Shown: positions 36,142 to 47,937 of the stretch, piece after piece
Layout of the letters: the number at the start of each line of letters is the position of its first letter
Numbering within the stretch: position 1 is the stretch's first letter
Source of the DNA: Candidatus Komeilibacteria bacterium RIFOXYD1_FULL_37_29
GTDB lineage: Bacteria > Patescibacteriota > Patescibacteriia > UBA1558 > GWA2-36-10
Assembly: GCA_001818495.1 (NCBI GenBank)
Contig: MHKS01000005.1
Span: 180,188-244,187, forward strand
DNA length: 64,000 nucleotides
Direction of reading: 5' to 3'
Notes under the pieces: model-generated
Seen by the model: the letters and a program-made list of their open reading frames with translations, nothing else
The model's database searches: none
Told to the model about the DNA's origin: nothing
Made by a program: the position numbers and the translations under genes

Positions 36142-36660
36142 ATGAATTGGTTTGACATTTTTTTAATCGTAGTCCTATTTATCTTCACTTGGAAGGGCTT
36201 TCGGGCAGGACTGGTGGGAGCAATTGGTGGATTTTTTGGAGTAATCTTTGCTATTTGGGCCGGTTCACACTATATGCAGTCGGTTGGTGCTTGGATTATG
36301 AAGGTAATTGATCTGGATAATGCCTATTTAGCTTCAATTATTGGCTTTTTGGTGGTTTTTATGGCCGTCAATATTGCTTTCGGTATTATTATTTCTATAA
36401 TCAATAGAGTTTTCCATATTATTCCTTTTATTGATCTGATTAATAAACTTTTGGGAGCGATTGTCGGTATTGTCACCGGAGCACTGGCCGTCGCCGCTAT
36501 AGTTTATCTGATGTCTGTTTTGCCCATCAGTGAGGCCATTTCTACCAGTATCAAAAATTCTCAAATTGCTGATACAGCTTTAAGTATTGCTTTTATGGTC
36601 AAGCCATTTATACCGCAAGCGATAAAAGAATTAAAATCTATTTTTGAAAATGTTAGTTGA
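36142..36660 (+). CDS. cvpA: CvpA family membrane protein
   Basis: MNWFDIFLIVVLFIFTWKGFRAGLV with 4 TM helices, typical of colicin V production protein CvpA. Confidence 0.65.
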   Translation: MNWFDIFLIVVLFIFTWKGFRAGLVGAIGGFFGVIFAIWAGSHYMQSVGAWIMKVIDLDNAYLASIIGFLVVFMAVNIAFGIIISIINRVFHIIPFIDLINKLLGAIVGIVTGALAVAAIVYLMSVLPISEAISTSIKNSQIADTALSIAFMVKPFIPQAIKELKSIFENVS

Positions 36661-37462
36661 TAGTCACGCCCATCTAAATTTTCAAGCCTACAAAGATGAC
36701 CTGTCAGAAGTGATAGGTCGTTGCCGTCAGGCCAATATGCGCGTCATAAATATCGGCGCGGCTTATGACACCAGCCTTAAGGCGGTCAATCTAGCTTTGG
36801 CTGAGCCTAGTTTTTATAGTGCCATTGGTCTTCATCCTACTCATGTCTATGATGAAGAGTTTAAGACTGAACATTATCAAGATTTGATTGCTAGCAGTCG
36901 AGGAAGGGTAGTGGCCATGGGAGAAAGTGGTTTTGATTATTTTCACATTCCCGAGCTACTAGAGAAGGGTGTAAAATCAATTGCAGAAATAAAAGCCAAA
37001 CAGGAAGAAGTATTCCGCGCTCATATAAAACTAGCTAGAGAAAATAATTTGGCTTTGGTGGTGCATGGTCGAAATGGCAAGGACGACAACACGGCTTATC
37101 AGGATATCTACCGGGTTTTAAAAGATGAAAATTTTCAAAAAGGAGTTATCCATTGTTACGGTGGAAATTTGGAGGAAGCCAAAGCTTTTGTGGAGCTGGG
37201 ATTTTATATTGGTTTTACCGGTATAATTACCTTTGATAAAACCGGAGCATTGGCCGAGATTGCCCAGTGGATACCGGAAGACAAAATGCTCATTGAAACA
37301 GACGCGCCTTATCTTACTCCCGAGCCCAATCGCGGTAAGCGCAACGAACCAATCTATGTCCAGCATGTGGCTGCCAAGCTATCTCAAATCAGAAATAAAA
37401 ATATTGATGAGATTGTCGAAATTACTGGGAATAATGCCAACAAGTTATTTGATTTAAAATAA
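36650..37462 (+). CDS. tatD: TatD family metal-dependent deoxyribonuclease/hydrolase
   Basis: MLVDSHAHLNF...GESGFDY...HCYGG...ETDAPYL are the TatD motifs. The track start at 36644 is a TTG; the ATG is at 36650. Confidence 0.85.
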   Translation: MLVDSHAHLNFQAYKDDLSEVIGRCRQANMRVINIGAAYDTSLKAVNLALAEPSFYSAIGLHPTHVYDEEFKTEHYQDLIASSRGRVVAMGESGFDYFHIPELLEKGVKSIAEIKAKQEEVFRAHIKLARENNLALVVHGRNGKDDNTAYQDIYRVLKDENFQKGVIHCYGGNLEEAKAFVELGFYIGFTGIITFDKTGALAEIAQWIPEDKMLIETDAPYLTPEPNRGKRNEPIYVQHVAAKLSQIRNKNIDEIVEITGNNANKLFDLK

Positions 37463-37494
37463 TATTATATTGTTCGGGTTATAAATATAAAAAA

Positions 37495-37821
37495 ATGCTA
37501 GACGAAGATAAAGATTCTCAATTTTCAAAACTAACTCCAGAAAGTATCGTCATTAATTATATCTTTGATATGGAAAACGGCGATTTCGGAATATTGGATG
37601 AAGTAAAAAGTGCCATTCATCAACAAATAGCTTTGGAGCTAGTCAGAGTCGGGCAAGGAAAATTATTGGCGGGTAATTTGGATAAATTTAAAGATTTGGA
37701 TAAAAGACAAATTGTAGAGACTATCCTTGAATCAGGTGATGATTTCTTGGCCAAACAAATAGCCGGTCAAACCAGTGATGTAGAATTTGAAGATTTAGGA
37801 AAAATAATCGATAAAATTTAA
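37495..37821 (+). CDS. acidic hypothetical protein
   Basis: 108 aa, rich in D/E. No recognisable motif. Confidence 0.3.
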   Translation: MLDEDKDSQFSKLTPESIVINYIFDMENGDFGILDEVKSAIHQQIALELVRVGQGKLLAGNLDKFKDLDKRQIVETILESGDDFLAKQIAGQTSDVEFEDLGKIIDKI

Positions 37822-37831
37822 ATAAAATTAT

Positions 37832-38593
37832 ATGGAAAATCCCATTTTTTTAAGTGAACAGTCAGGAAAGTCCTTTGTGTATTATCATACCCATAGAGTT
37901 TATAAAGAAAACCTAGAGGAGGCTATCAAAAGTAAAAAATCTATTGAGTTAGATATTTCTTTTGATGAAAAAGGAGTCTTTTATGAAAAGGGAGCATACT
38001 ATATTGGTCACCCAGTTACTTTTTATACAGAATTTGGGAAAGAGTTTCATAATAATATGTTGCTAGAAGAGGCTATTAAAATATTGGAAGCCAATTCAGA
38101 TATTTTTGTGGTATTAGACTGTAAAGATATCAGAGCTTTTATAAAGATAGAAGAAATTATAAAAAGATTAGGCGCTCACAGGTGTTTATTTCATGCTTTT
38201 ATAAAAGAGTGGTCATTTAGACCATTTGAGAGTGATATTGAAGTAGAGCCACATTGGAAGGAAGAAGAAATTCCTCTAGAGGAAGTTTTACGATTTAAAG
38301 AAAGGAACAAAATTCCTATCATTGGAGCTTGCAAGGGTTTTAGCGAAAAGAGGTTAAGAGATAGAAATGTGGTCAATCAAATAATAGATAGTGTTAAAGG
38401 TAGAGATATTGATAGTATTAGTTTATATATGCCAGGAACAATATTACCACCTTTAGATCTGGCTAGACAGCTTTCTCAGGCGGGCTTTCTTAATTGGATT
38501 AATATTGATAAAATAGAGGGGGTAGATCTAAGCGGTATTACTTATATTGGTATGACCGATGTTTTAGAGAGGGCTTCAGATTTTAAAAGTTAG
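37832..38593 (+). CDS. divergent glycerophosphodiester phosphodiesterase (GDPD)-like hydrolase, hypothetical
   Basis: YYHTHRVYKENLEEAIK...SIELDISFDEKG...YIGHP loosely parallels the GDPD HR(G)...E(N)T...ElDv..tkDG...HD block order. The gene is AT-rich with AGA/ATA codons. Confidence 0.3.
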   Translation: MENPIFLSEQSGKSFVYYHTHRVYKENLEEAIKSKKSIELDISFDEKGVFYEKGAYYIGHPVTFYTEFGKEFHNNMLLEEAIKILEANSDIFVVLDCKDIRAFIKIEEIIKRLGAHRCLFHAFIKEWSFRPFESDIEVEPHWKEEEIPLEEVLRFKERNKIPIIGACKGFSEKRLRDRNVVNQIIDSVKGRDIDSISLYMPGTILPPLDLARQLSQAGFLNWINIDKIEGVDLSGITYIGMTDVLERASDFKS

Positions 38594-38621
38594 TATAATA
38601 ATATAATTAATAAAATATTTT

Positions 38622-39401
38622 ATGAGCGAAACTACAATCAATCAGCCAGCCAAGATGATTTCAATCAAAGAGCTGTTTAAGCTATCTTTGGCTGTTTATC
38701 CCACAGTTTTTTGGAAAACTATTAAAATGCTTTTATTGCCCTTAGTGGCTTTTATACCAGTAGGAATTCTGGCTATTTTGATAGTCTTGGTTGAGGATGC
38801 TTCTCCAGCTGCCGGTATGTCCAATTTTTTATATGTAATTTTGGGTTTATTGGGCACGGTGGCGACAATATTTTTTCTCATAGTGATGTATATAGCTCAG
38901 ATTGGAGCAATGATTATAGTCCAAAAAAATGATCCGCAGATACTGATCAAAGATACTTTCCTGTTGGCCAAAAGTAAGGCCTGGAAATTTCTGACCACAT
39001 CTCTTTGGGCCGGCTTATTTGTATTTTTATGGATGCTTTTACTGATTATTCCCGGTTTGGTGATGATGGTTTATTATACTTTTATTGCTTGGATGGTTTT
39101 GGAGGAAGGATTGTCTGGAAAAGCAGCCTTAAAGCGCAGTAAAGGTTTGGTCAAAGATTATTGGTGGGCTGTTTTTTGGCGAATTGTGTTGCCGGCTATA
39201 GTTATTGGTATAGTTTTTGGAACACTGGGGGCTAAGTTGCTACCACCTACTACTCCTGGAGTACCCACACCGTACACCCCTGGTCGGGCTGCTTATGATT
39301 TTTTAACTCAAATCATTTCTTGGGTGATTACTCCATTTTTTGTGGCTTATTCCTATAATATGTATAAGAGTTTGAAAGCTATCAAAGATAAACAAATTTA
39401 A
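38622..39401 (+). CDS. polytopic membrane protein (hypothetical; GDPD-membrane-domain-like topology)
   Basis: 259 aa with ~6 TM helices. It lies directly downstream of the GDPD-like gene. Confidence 0.3.
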   Translation: MSETTINQPAKMISIKELFKLSLAVYPTVFWKTIKMLLLPLVAFIPVGILAILIVLVEDASPAAGMSNFLYVILGLLGTVATIFFLIVMYIAQIGAMIIVQKNDPQILIKDTFLLAKSKAWKFLTTSLWAGLFVFLWMLLLIIPGLVMMVYYTFIAWMVLEEGLSGKAALKRSKGLVKDYWWAVFWRIVLPAIVIGIVFGTLGAKLLPPTTPGVPTPYTPGRAAYDFLTQIISWVITPFFVAYSYNMYKSLKAIKDKQI

Positions 39402-39406
39402 AATTC

Positions 39407-40456
39407 ATGGAAACATTTTCATTATTTATTTCAATACTAGTCTTACTTCTTCTAGCGGTGATAATTTTTGTGTTGTTTAAAAAAAATCAGCCCATAGAAA
39501 AAGATGATAAAGCTATGTTGATGCTCCAACAGCAGATAAATGATTTGACCAGACAACTGGGAGATAAAATTGATCAGACCACCCAGCATTCTTCCAAGAT
39601 GCTTCAAGATCAATTTATGGAGACCTCCCGTATTTCCAAAGAGGTTACGGAAAAACTTTTGAAACTAGAAGAAACCAATAAGCAAGTAGTCAGCTTTACT
39701 GATCAATTGCAAAATTTGGAAAAAGTTTTGACCAACGCCAAAACCAGAGGTAATCTTGGCGAAGCCAGTTTGGAAATGATTTTATCAAATATATTGCCAC
39801 CCCAATCTTATGAAATGCAGTATCATTTTGAAAATGGTGAAGCAGTCGATGCGGTAGTTAAAATCAAAGATAGGATCTTACCGGTGGATGCTAAATTTTC
39901 TTTGGAAAATTATCGTCGAATTATTGATGAAAAAGATAAAGATAAAAAATTGGTTTTGGAAAAAGAATTTAAAAGTGATTTGAAAAAAAGGATTGATGAA
40001 ACTAGTAAATATATTCGTCCCAATGAGTCAACTTTGGATTTTGCTTTTATGTTTATTCCAGCCGAAGGCATTTATTATGATCTGCTGATCAATGAAGTAG
40101 GGACAGTCAAAGTAAATACCAGAAGTCTGATTGATTATGCTTTTAATGAAAAAAAAGTAATCATTGTTTCACCGACTACTTTTGCGGCTTATTTACAGAC
40201 AGTCCTACAAGGATTAAAAGCTCTACAAATTGAAGAATCAGCCAAAGAAATACGCAAAAACGTAGAGAAATTACAAAAGCATATGCAAGCTTATGCTGAA
40301 TATCATAAAAAACTGGGTAGCCAGCTATCGACAGTGGCCAATACCTATAATTTTTCTAATAAAGAATTTCAAAAAATAGATAAGGACATCCTTAAAATCA
40401 GCGGAAAAGGTGGTAGTTTGGAGCTCGAAGATGTGGAAAAACCCCGCCTAGAGTAG
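39407..40456 (+). CDS. rmuC: DNA recombination protein RmuC
   Basis: An N-terminal TM segment and coiled coil, then the RmuC nuclease-fold block TNAKTRGNLGEASLEMIL...DAVVKI...FMFIPAEG. Confidence 0.8.
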   Translation: METFSLFISILVLLLLAVIIFVLFKKNQPIEKDDKAMLMLQQQINDLTRQLGDKIDQTTQHSSKMLQDQFMETSRISKEVTEKLLKLEETNKQVVSFTDQLQNLEKVLTNAKTRGNLGEASLEMILSNILPPQSYEMQYHFENGEAVDAVVKIKDRILPVDAKFSLENYRRIIDEKDKDKKLVLEKEFKSDLKKRIDETSKYIRPNESTLDFAFMFIPAEGIYYDLLINEVGTVKVNTRSLIDYAFNEKKVIIVSPTTFAAYLQTVLQGLKALQIEESAKEIRKNVEKLQKHMQAYAEYHKKLGSQLSTVANTYNFSNKEFQKIDKDILKISGKGGSLELEDVEKPRLE

Positions 40457-40479
40457 GCCATTAGCAATTTTGAAATGTA

Positions 40480-40508
40480 TTGACTTTTTGCGGTTATAGA
40501 TATATAAT
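40480..40508 (+). promoter_or_regulatory. consensus sigma70 promoter TTGACT -17- TATAAT driving the ATP synthase operon, followed by a 5'UTR hairpin (ccgcc aact ggcgg)
   Basis: Read directly, ~40 nt upstream of the atpZ ATG. Confidence 0.55.
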
Positions 40509-40547
40509 GTAGCCGCTTTTTGTTTCCGCCAACTGGCGGATAAAATT

Positions 40548-40871
40548 ATGTCAGCAGTCATAAACGACAATAAAAATCAGGATAAGAACGAATGGCTCAG
40601 ACGGGGGATGATGATGTTTGCCGAGTCTACCGGTTGGATCGCCTTTCCTGTTGTTGGTGCTTTATTTTTGGGTAGATGGCTGGATGAAAAGCAAGGGACT
40701 GAACCATTGTATTTTCTTAGTATCACAATTTTGGCTTTTATTATTTCTTCCATTGGCATTGGTATGACGGGAGTAAAGTATATGAAACGAATTGAAAAAG
40801 AAGATAGTCTTCGGCCAAAACCAGTGAAAAATTTAAAGGGAAAAGACGAAAATGAGTCTGGAAATAAATAA
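40548..40871 (+). CDS. atpZ: ATP synthase protein I-like AtpZ/AtpI family small membrane protein
   Basis: VGALFLGRWLDEKQGTEP matches the AtpZ (ATPase_gene1) signature. It is first in the atp operon. Confidence 0.6.
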   Translation: MSAVINDNKNQDKNEWLRRGMMMFAESTGWIAFPVVGALFLGRWLDEKQGTEPLYFLSITILAFIISSIGIGMTGVKYMKRIEKEDSLRPKPVKNLKGKDENESGNK

Positions 40872-41766
40872 CAATCAAGATATATTGGGTAATATAAGCA
40901 ACTCTTTACAAGAAGAAGTTGAAGTTACTGGCGAGCATCAAATTGATGCCAGTCAATTGGAATACGGAGAAACGGCTTATGAAGAAGAGGGAGAACACGA
41001 GCATACTCTTTTTGCTGAAACTTTATTTAATATTGGTGGCTTTCCTGTCACCAATTCACTGCTGACATCTTGGGTAGCAGTTTTTTTAATTATTATCCTA
41101 TCTTTGGTGATACGGGTTAAGACCAGCCGGGTGCCGTCAAGATTTCAAAGTTTTATCGAAACTATTATTGCTGGTGCCTACACCATGATGGATATGGTGA
41201 CAAATGACAGAAAAAAGAGTGAGAAAATATTTCCGATTATTTTTTCTATTTTTATTTTTATTCTAATAAATAATTGGCTAGGGCTTTTTCCGGGAATTGG
41301 TTCCATTACCTATAATCATACAGTTTTGTTTAGAGGAGGCACCGCTGATTTAAATACTACTTTAGCTTTGGGACTATTTGGAGTAATTGCCGCTAATATT
41401 TTTGGTATTGTTATGGTGGGTGGTTGGCAGTGGTTTAATAAGTTTGTAAATTTAAAAACCATCTTAGAAATTCCCAGAAAAATTGGAAAGGAACCAACAG
41501 TGGTTTTGATTAATCCGATAAACTTTTTTGTCGGCTTAGTTGAGATCATTAGCGAAGTAGCTAAGGTGGCTTCATTATCATTTAGGTTGTTTGGTAATGT
41601 CTTTGCGGGAGAAGTGCTTTTGGCTTCTATTTCGGCCATGCTGGCCTATGGAGTGCCACTGCCATTTATGTTTTTGGAAATCATAGTTGGTATTATTCAA
41701 GCACTTATTTTTGCTATTTTGACCTTAGTTTATTTCACCATTGCCTCAACCGAACACGAACATTAA
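40852..41766 (+). CDS. atpB: F0F1 ATP synthase subunit a
   Basis: Essential-arginine motif LSFRLFGNVFAGE. It overlaps atpZ by 20 nt. The N-terminus has an acidic extension. Confidence 0.9.
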   Translation: MSLEINNNQDILGNISNSLQEEVEVTGEHQIDASQLEYGETAYEEEGEHEHTLFAETLFNIGGFPVTNSLLTSWVAVFLIIILSLVIRVKTSRVPSRFQSFIETIIAGAYTMMDMVTNDRKKSEKIFPIIFSIFIFILINNWLGLFPGIGSITYNHTVLFRGGTADLNTTLALGLFGVIAANIFGIVMVGGWQWFNKFVNLKTILEIPRKIGKEPTVVLINPINFFVGLVEIISEVAKVASLSFRLFGNVFAGEVLLASISAMLAYGVPLPFMFLEIIVGIIQALIFAILTLVYFTIASTEHEH

Positions 41767-41833
41767 TTAATTAATCAAGATAAAAGTAGGAGACTTTAAA
41801 AATAATAAAAATAGTCGACCAAAATTATCTTAA

Positions 41834-42058
<225 letters not shown>

Positions 42059-42135
42059 AATTGATTGTTTTCCTTGTCCTTGTCCGCCAGTCGGTGGATC
42101 AGGCCAGGAATAAGCAATTAATTTAGGTAATCAAT

Positions 42136-42630
42136 ATGGAAATTTTAGAATTATTTGGAGTCGATTGGAAATTGTTGATAGCCCAGCTAGTCAATTTTAT
42201 TGTGGTTGTTTTAGTTTTGTGGTTTTTTGCTTTAAAACCATTGACCAAAACTATGCAGAAGAGAAATGATGAGATTTCCAAAGGGTTAGCTGATGCCAAA
42301 TCTGCTCAAGAAAGATTGAATCAAGTTGAGCGTGATGCCAAAGACAAGCTAAATAAAACCAAAAACGAAGCCATGGTTATTTTGGAAGAAGCCAAAAAAC
42401 AAGCTGAGAAAAGTAAACAAGAAAACGTTGTTAAAACCAAAGAAGAAGTAGCCAAGCTGATTACCAAAGCCAAAGAGCAGATTAATAGTGAAAAAGATGC
42501 TATGATTTCACAGGCCAAAACAGAGTTAGCTGGTACAATCTCTTTAGCTTTGGAAAAGATTTTATCTTCTCAATTATCTAAAGAGCTAGATAAAAAATAT
42601 ATTGATAAAGTATTAAAAGATCTGAAATAA
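42136..42630 (+). CDS. atpF: F0F1 ATP synthase subunit b
   Basis: A single N-terminal TM helix and a long charged coiled coil. Confidence 0.85.
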   Translation: MEILELFGVDWKLLIAQLVNFIVVVLVLWFFALKPLTKTMQKRNDEISKGLADAKSAQERLNQVERDAKDKLNKTKNEAMVILEEAKKQAEKSKQENVVKTKEEVAKLITKAKEQINSEKDAMISQAKTELAGTISLALEKILSSQLSKELDKKYIDKVLKDLK

Positions 42631-43031
42631 TGAAAAAATATACCGCCAAAATTTTAGCCACCGCTTTATACCGAGCTAGTTTGGGTAAAGAAGGCAAAGA
42701 GTTGGAAAAAATTATGAACAATTTTTCCTCTTATTTAATGGATCACCGTTTAGTAGCCATGATTCCGGGCATTTTAAAGGAATTAGAAAATCTGCATTTT
42801 AATACGGAAGGAATAGTAGTGGCCAATATAACCAGTCGGGAAGAGTTATCACCGGCAGAAATTAAAACGATAGAAGATTTGGTCAGTAAAAAAACCAAAA
42901 AGAAAGTAGTGGTTCGTCAGGAGGAGGATAAAAATATTTTAGGCGGAACCATCATCAAATATGAAGACAAGATTATCGATTTGTCTATCAAAAATCAATT
43001 AAAAAATTTAGCAAAACAATTAAGCAATTAA
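42630..43031 (+). CDS. atpH: F0F1 ATP synthase subunit delta (OSCP), short form
   Basis: The position in the operon fits, and the C-terminal OSCP-like pattern [31 protein letters not shown] is present. The ATAATG overlaps the atpF stop. Confidence 0.7.
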   Translation: MKKYTAKILATALYRASLGKEGKELEKIMNNFSSYLMDHRLVAMIPGILKELENLHFNTEGIVVANITSREELSPAEIKTIEDLVSKKTKKKVVVRQEEDKNILGGTIIKYEDKIIDLSIKNQLKNLAKQLSN

Positions 43032-43035
43032 TAAT

Positions 43036-44568
43036 ATGTCTTACGAGCATTTAGTGAAAAGTTTACAAAAGCAACTGGCCGGTTGGCAAGCAGACGTCAA
43101 GGAAGAAACTGTCGGTACGGTGATTGAAGTGGGTGATGGTATTGCCAAAGCTTCCGGATTATCTGATGTGATGGCTTCTGAGATGCTTGAATTTGAAACC
43201 AAAAGCGGAGAAAAAATCGACGGTGTAGTTTTAAATTTAGAAGAGCATGCTATTGGTGCCATTATTTTGGGTGAATACACCGGCTTAAAAGAGGGTGATA
43301 AAGTAAAAAGAACCAGACGTATTTTAGAAGTACCAGTTGGTGAAGCAGTAGTCGGCCGAGTGGTCAATCCATTGGGAGAAGCCATTGATGGCAAAGGGGC
43401 AATAAAAGCTCAGCAATATTATCCAGTAGAAAAGATTGCCCCAGGTGTTATTACTCGTCAGTCAGTAGTTCAACCGCTCGAAACGGGTATTAAAGTTATT
43501 GATGCTATTATCCCAATTGGTAAAGGACAGCGCGAGTTAATCATTGGCGATCGTCAGATTGGTAAGACAGCCTTGGCCATTGATACTATTATTAATCAAA
43601 AAGGTAAAGATGTTATCTGTATTTATGTAGCTATTGGTCAGAAAGAATCCAAAGTCGCTCGTATTGTGGCTAAATTGGAAGAAACTGGAGCGATGGATTA
43701 TACCACTGTAGTATCAGCTGGAGCATCAGAGTCAGCCGCTTTGTCATATATTGCTCCGTATGCCGGTTGTGCTATGGGCGAATATTTTATGGATAAAGGC
43801 AAAGATGTTTTAGTTATTTATGATGATTTATCCAAGCATGCGGTAGCTTATCGTCAGATTTCTCTACTTTTGAAGAGACCACCGGGACGCGAGGCTTATC
43901 CAGGCGATGTTTTTTATCTACATTCTAGACTCTTAGAAAGAGCCGCTAAAATGAGTGATAAGCTGGGCGGTGGATCACTAACAGCTCTACCGATTATCGA
44001 AACTCAAGCCGGTGATATCTCGGCTTATATTCCCACCAATGTTATTTCTATTACGGATGGACAGATTTTTTTGGAAACAGATTTGTTTTATAAAGGCATT
44101 AGACCAGCCCTATCAACCGGTTTGTCAGTTTCTCGTGTTGGATCAGCCGCTCAGAAAAAGGCCATGAAAAAAGTAGCCGGCAAACTTAAAATTGATTTAG
44201 CGCAGTATCGAGAGCTCGAAGCCTTTGCTCAATTTGGTTCGGATTTGGATGAGGCTACTAGACAACAGTTGGACAGGGGAGCTAGAGTAACAGAAATTTT
44301 AAAACAGGGACAATATAACCCTTTGCCACAGTCAAAACAGATTTCTATCATTTATGCTGCTGCCAATGGTTATTTGGATAAGTTGCCTTTAAAAAATTTA
44401 GCTGCTTTTGAAGAGAAGTTGTTTACTAAAATGGATAGTGAAGGCAAAAATGTTTTGGAAAATATTGAAAAAACTAGTCAATTATCCGAAGCTGATGAAC
44501 AAAAGTTAAAAAATATTATTAGTGATTTGGTCGAGACAGAAGTAAAAGTAGATGAGGATAATAAGTAA
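43036..44568 (+). CDS. atpA: F0F1 ATP synthase subunit alpha
   Basis: GDRQIGKT P-loop, and the full alpha-subunit pattern. Confidence 0.95.
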   Translation: MSYEHLVKSLQKQLAGWQADVKEETVGTVIEVGDGIAKASGLSDVMASEMLEFETKSGEKIDGVVLNLEEHAIGAIILGEYTGLKEGDKVKRTRRILEVPVGEAVVGRVVNPLGEAIDGKGAIKAQQYYPVEKIAPGVITRQSVVQPLETGIKVIDAIIPIGKGQRELIIGDRQIGKTALAIDTIINQKGKDVICIYVAIGQKESKVARIVAKLEETGAMDYTTVVSAGASESAALSYIAPYAGCAMGEYFMDKGKDVLVIYDDLSKHAVAYRQISLLLKRPPGREAYPGDVFYLHSRLLERAAKMSDKLGGGSLTALPIIETQAGDISAYIPTNVISITDGQIFLETDLFYKGIRPALSTGLSVSRVGSAAQKKAMKKVAGKLKIDLAQYRELEAFAQFGSDLDEATRQQLDRGARVTEILKQGQYNPLPQSKQISIIYAAANGYLDKLPLKNLAAFEEKLFTKMDSEGKNVLENIEKTSQLSEADEQKLKNIISDLVETEVKVDEDNK

Positions 44569-44594
44569 AGTTATAAGTTTGTTTTTATAAGTAT

Positions 44595-45509
44595 ATGCCT
44601 CAAGCCAGTCGGGACATACAAAGAAGAATAAAATCGGTCAAGAGCACCAAGAAAATTACCAAAGCTATGGAGTTGGTCTCAGCCGCTAAAATGCGTAAAG
44701 CAGTATCTAAGGTATTAGCTTCACGGGCTTATTCTGATTTGGTTTGGGACACGGTGTTACATTTGGTCAAAAAAGTAGAAGCCAATAAACATCCGTTTTT
44801 CATGTCTCCGAAGAAAGTATCTAAAGTAGTCGTAGTTTTAATTAGTACCAATCGTGGTCTTTGCGGCAGCTTTAATACGCAACTAGTCAATAAGGTTTTG
44901 GAGTCTATTCGTATTCATCATCCTGAGACAACTAGCACCGATATCATTACTTGCGGAACCAAGGGTCGCGATGAGATTCGTCGCTATAAAGTAAATTTGA
45001 TTGCTGATTTTCGCAAAGAGGATATTACTAACGACTCAGAAGATATCAGGCCAATTGCCCATATGATTACCAAAGATTTTTTGGCCAAAAGATATGATAA
45101 AGTTTTCCTTGCCTATACCGATTTTATGTCGTCTTTAAAGCAGGCTCCGCATGTTAAACAGCTTTTGCCGATAGTGCCGGAAATAGATGCTCGTTTGGGG
45201 CATATCACTCATGAGAAGGGTCAGGGGGAAAAAATAAATGTCGAAAGTTTTTCAGAATTTATTTTTGAACCAGGTCGCCATGATGTTTTGGATGCGTTTT
45301 TGCCCAGATTGTTGGAAGTCCAGATTTATCAGTCAGTTTTAGAATCAGAAGCTTCAGAACATTCGGCTCGTATGTTTGCTATGAGAAACGCCACCGACGC
45401 CGCCAGTGATATGATTGATGAACTAACTTTGGCCTATAACCAGGCTCGTCAAGCTGGTATCACCGGTGAGATTGCCGAAATTGCTGCTGGCAGTGCTGCC
45501 TTAGAATAA
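44595..45509 (+). CDS. atpG: F0F1 ATP synthase subunit gamma
   Basis: N-terminus IKSVKSTKKITKAMELVSAAKMRKA and the C-terminal coiled-coil helix. Confidence 0.9.
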   Translation: MPQASRDIQRRIKSVKSTKKITKAMELVSAAKMRKAVSKVLASRAYSDLVWDTVLHLVKKVEANKHPFFMSPKKVSKVVVVLISTNRGLCGSFNTQLVNKVLESIRIHHPETTSTDIITCGTKGRDEIRRYKVNLIADFRKEDITNDSEDIRPIAHMITKDFLAKRYDKVFLAYTDFMSSLKQAPHVKQLLPIVPEIDARLGHITHEKGQGEKINVESFSEFIFEPGRHDVLDAFLPRLLEVQIYQSVLESEASEHSARMFAMRNATDAASDMIDELTLAYNQARQAGITGEIAEIAAGSAALE

Positions 45510-45571
45510 ATTACTGGTTATTCCGGACCTGCTCCGGAATCTGAAGATAATTAATATTAAATAATTTATAG

Positions 45572-46975
<1,404 letters not shown>

Positions 46976-46977
46976 TT

Positions 46978-47445
46978 TTGGTCAAAGCACTTGGTAATAA
47001 TTTTATGAAAGATTTGAAATTAAAAATAGTTACTCCCGAGAAGATACTCTTTGAAAGGCGCATCTTGCAGGTTTCTGTTTCTACCGTTTTAGGGGAGATT
47101 ACTATTTTGCCAAATCATATACCTTTGGTTTCTCAACTTATTCCCGGAGAGATAGTAGTCAAAACTGATCAGGGCGAAGAGGATCTGATGGCTGTCTCGG
47201 GGGGTTTTGTGGAGATTTTGCCTGATCAAGTAGTGATTTTAGCTGATACAGCCGAAAGAGCTGAGGAGATTGATGAAGAGCGCGCTGAAGCAGCCCGTCT
47301 CAGAGCCGAAGAGGTGCTCAAAACTAAAGTGGCCGACGCTGAAGGATTTGCTATGTTTACGGCTAAGATTGAAAAGGAATTGGCCAGACTGAAAGTGGCT
47401 AGAAAATATAAGAAAAAAGGTTTAAGAACAGGACAAAACAATTAA
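46978..47445 (+). CDS. atpC: F0F1 ATP synthase subunit epsilon
   Basis: The beta-sandwich N-terminus (LKIVTPEKILFERRILQVSV) plus a C-terminal helical hairpin. Confidence 0.85.
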   Translation: MVKALGNNFMKDLKLKIVTPEKILFERRILQVSVSTVLGEITILPNHIPLVSQLIPGEIVVKTDQGEEDLMAVSGGFVEILPDQVVILADTAERAEEIDEERAEAARLRAEEVLKTKVADAEGFAMFTAKIEKELARLKVARKYKKKGLRTGQNN

Positions 47446-47465
47446 GGAGGATAAGTAATACTATT

Positions 47466-47921
47466 ATGAACAACATCTTCACTATTCCTAATGACAAGTT
47501 GGATATGCACGAATGCCCATTGGTGGTCATCAAATGTATTGATTTTCGGTTTCGTCAAACTGATCAAGAATTCGTGGAACGCTGTCTGGGTTTTGATAAC
47601 TTCGACTTGTTTGCTTGGCCTGGAGCAGCTAAGGACGTGCTCAAAAACAATGGATTTAAAACATCCTTTATTGAGTATGTTGTAGCTGTTTCTAGGGGTT
47701 TGCACAAGGTCAAAAAACTACTCTTACTTTGGCACTGGGATTGCGGAGCCTATGGAGGTTCCAAAGCTTTCTCTTCGGCTGAAGAAGAAAAGGCCGCCTA
47801 TCTCAAGGACATCAGTATCGTCAAGGACATGTTGTCCAAGGAGCTACCAGGTGATCTGGAAATTATTATGGCCTACAGTAAGATTGGTCCACAGGGATTA
47901 GAGTATTGCGTCGTTGAGTAA
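47466..47921 (+). CDS. compact beta-class carbonic-anhydrase-like protein (Cab-type signature), atypical codon usage
   Basis: C-x-D-x-R (VIKCIDFRFR) and H-x-D-C-G (WHWDCGAYGG) reproduce the beta-CA zinc-ligand and Asp-Arg dyad motifs in the right order. The product is 151 aa. A strong SD (AAGGAGG) lies at 47446-47452. Confidence 0.45.
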   Translation: MNNIFTIPNDKLDMHECPLVVIKCIDFRFRQTDQEFVERCLGFDNFDLFAWPGAAKDVLKNNGFKTSFIEYVVAVSRGLHKVKKLLLLWHWDCGAYGGSKAFSSAEEEKAAYLKDISIVKDMLSKELPGDLEIIMAYSKIGPQGLEYCVVE

Positions 47922-47937
47922 TTGTATATGTTTTGTT

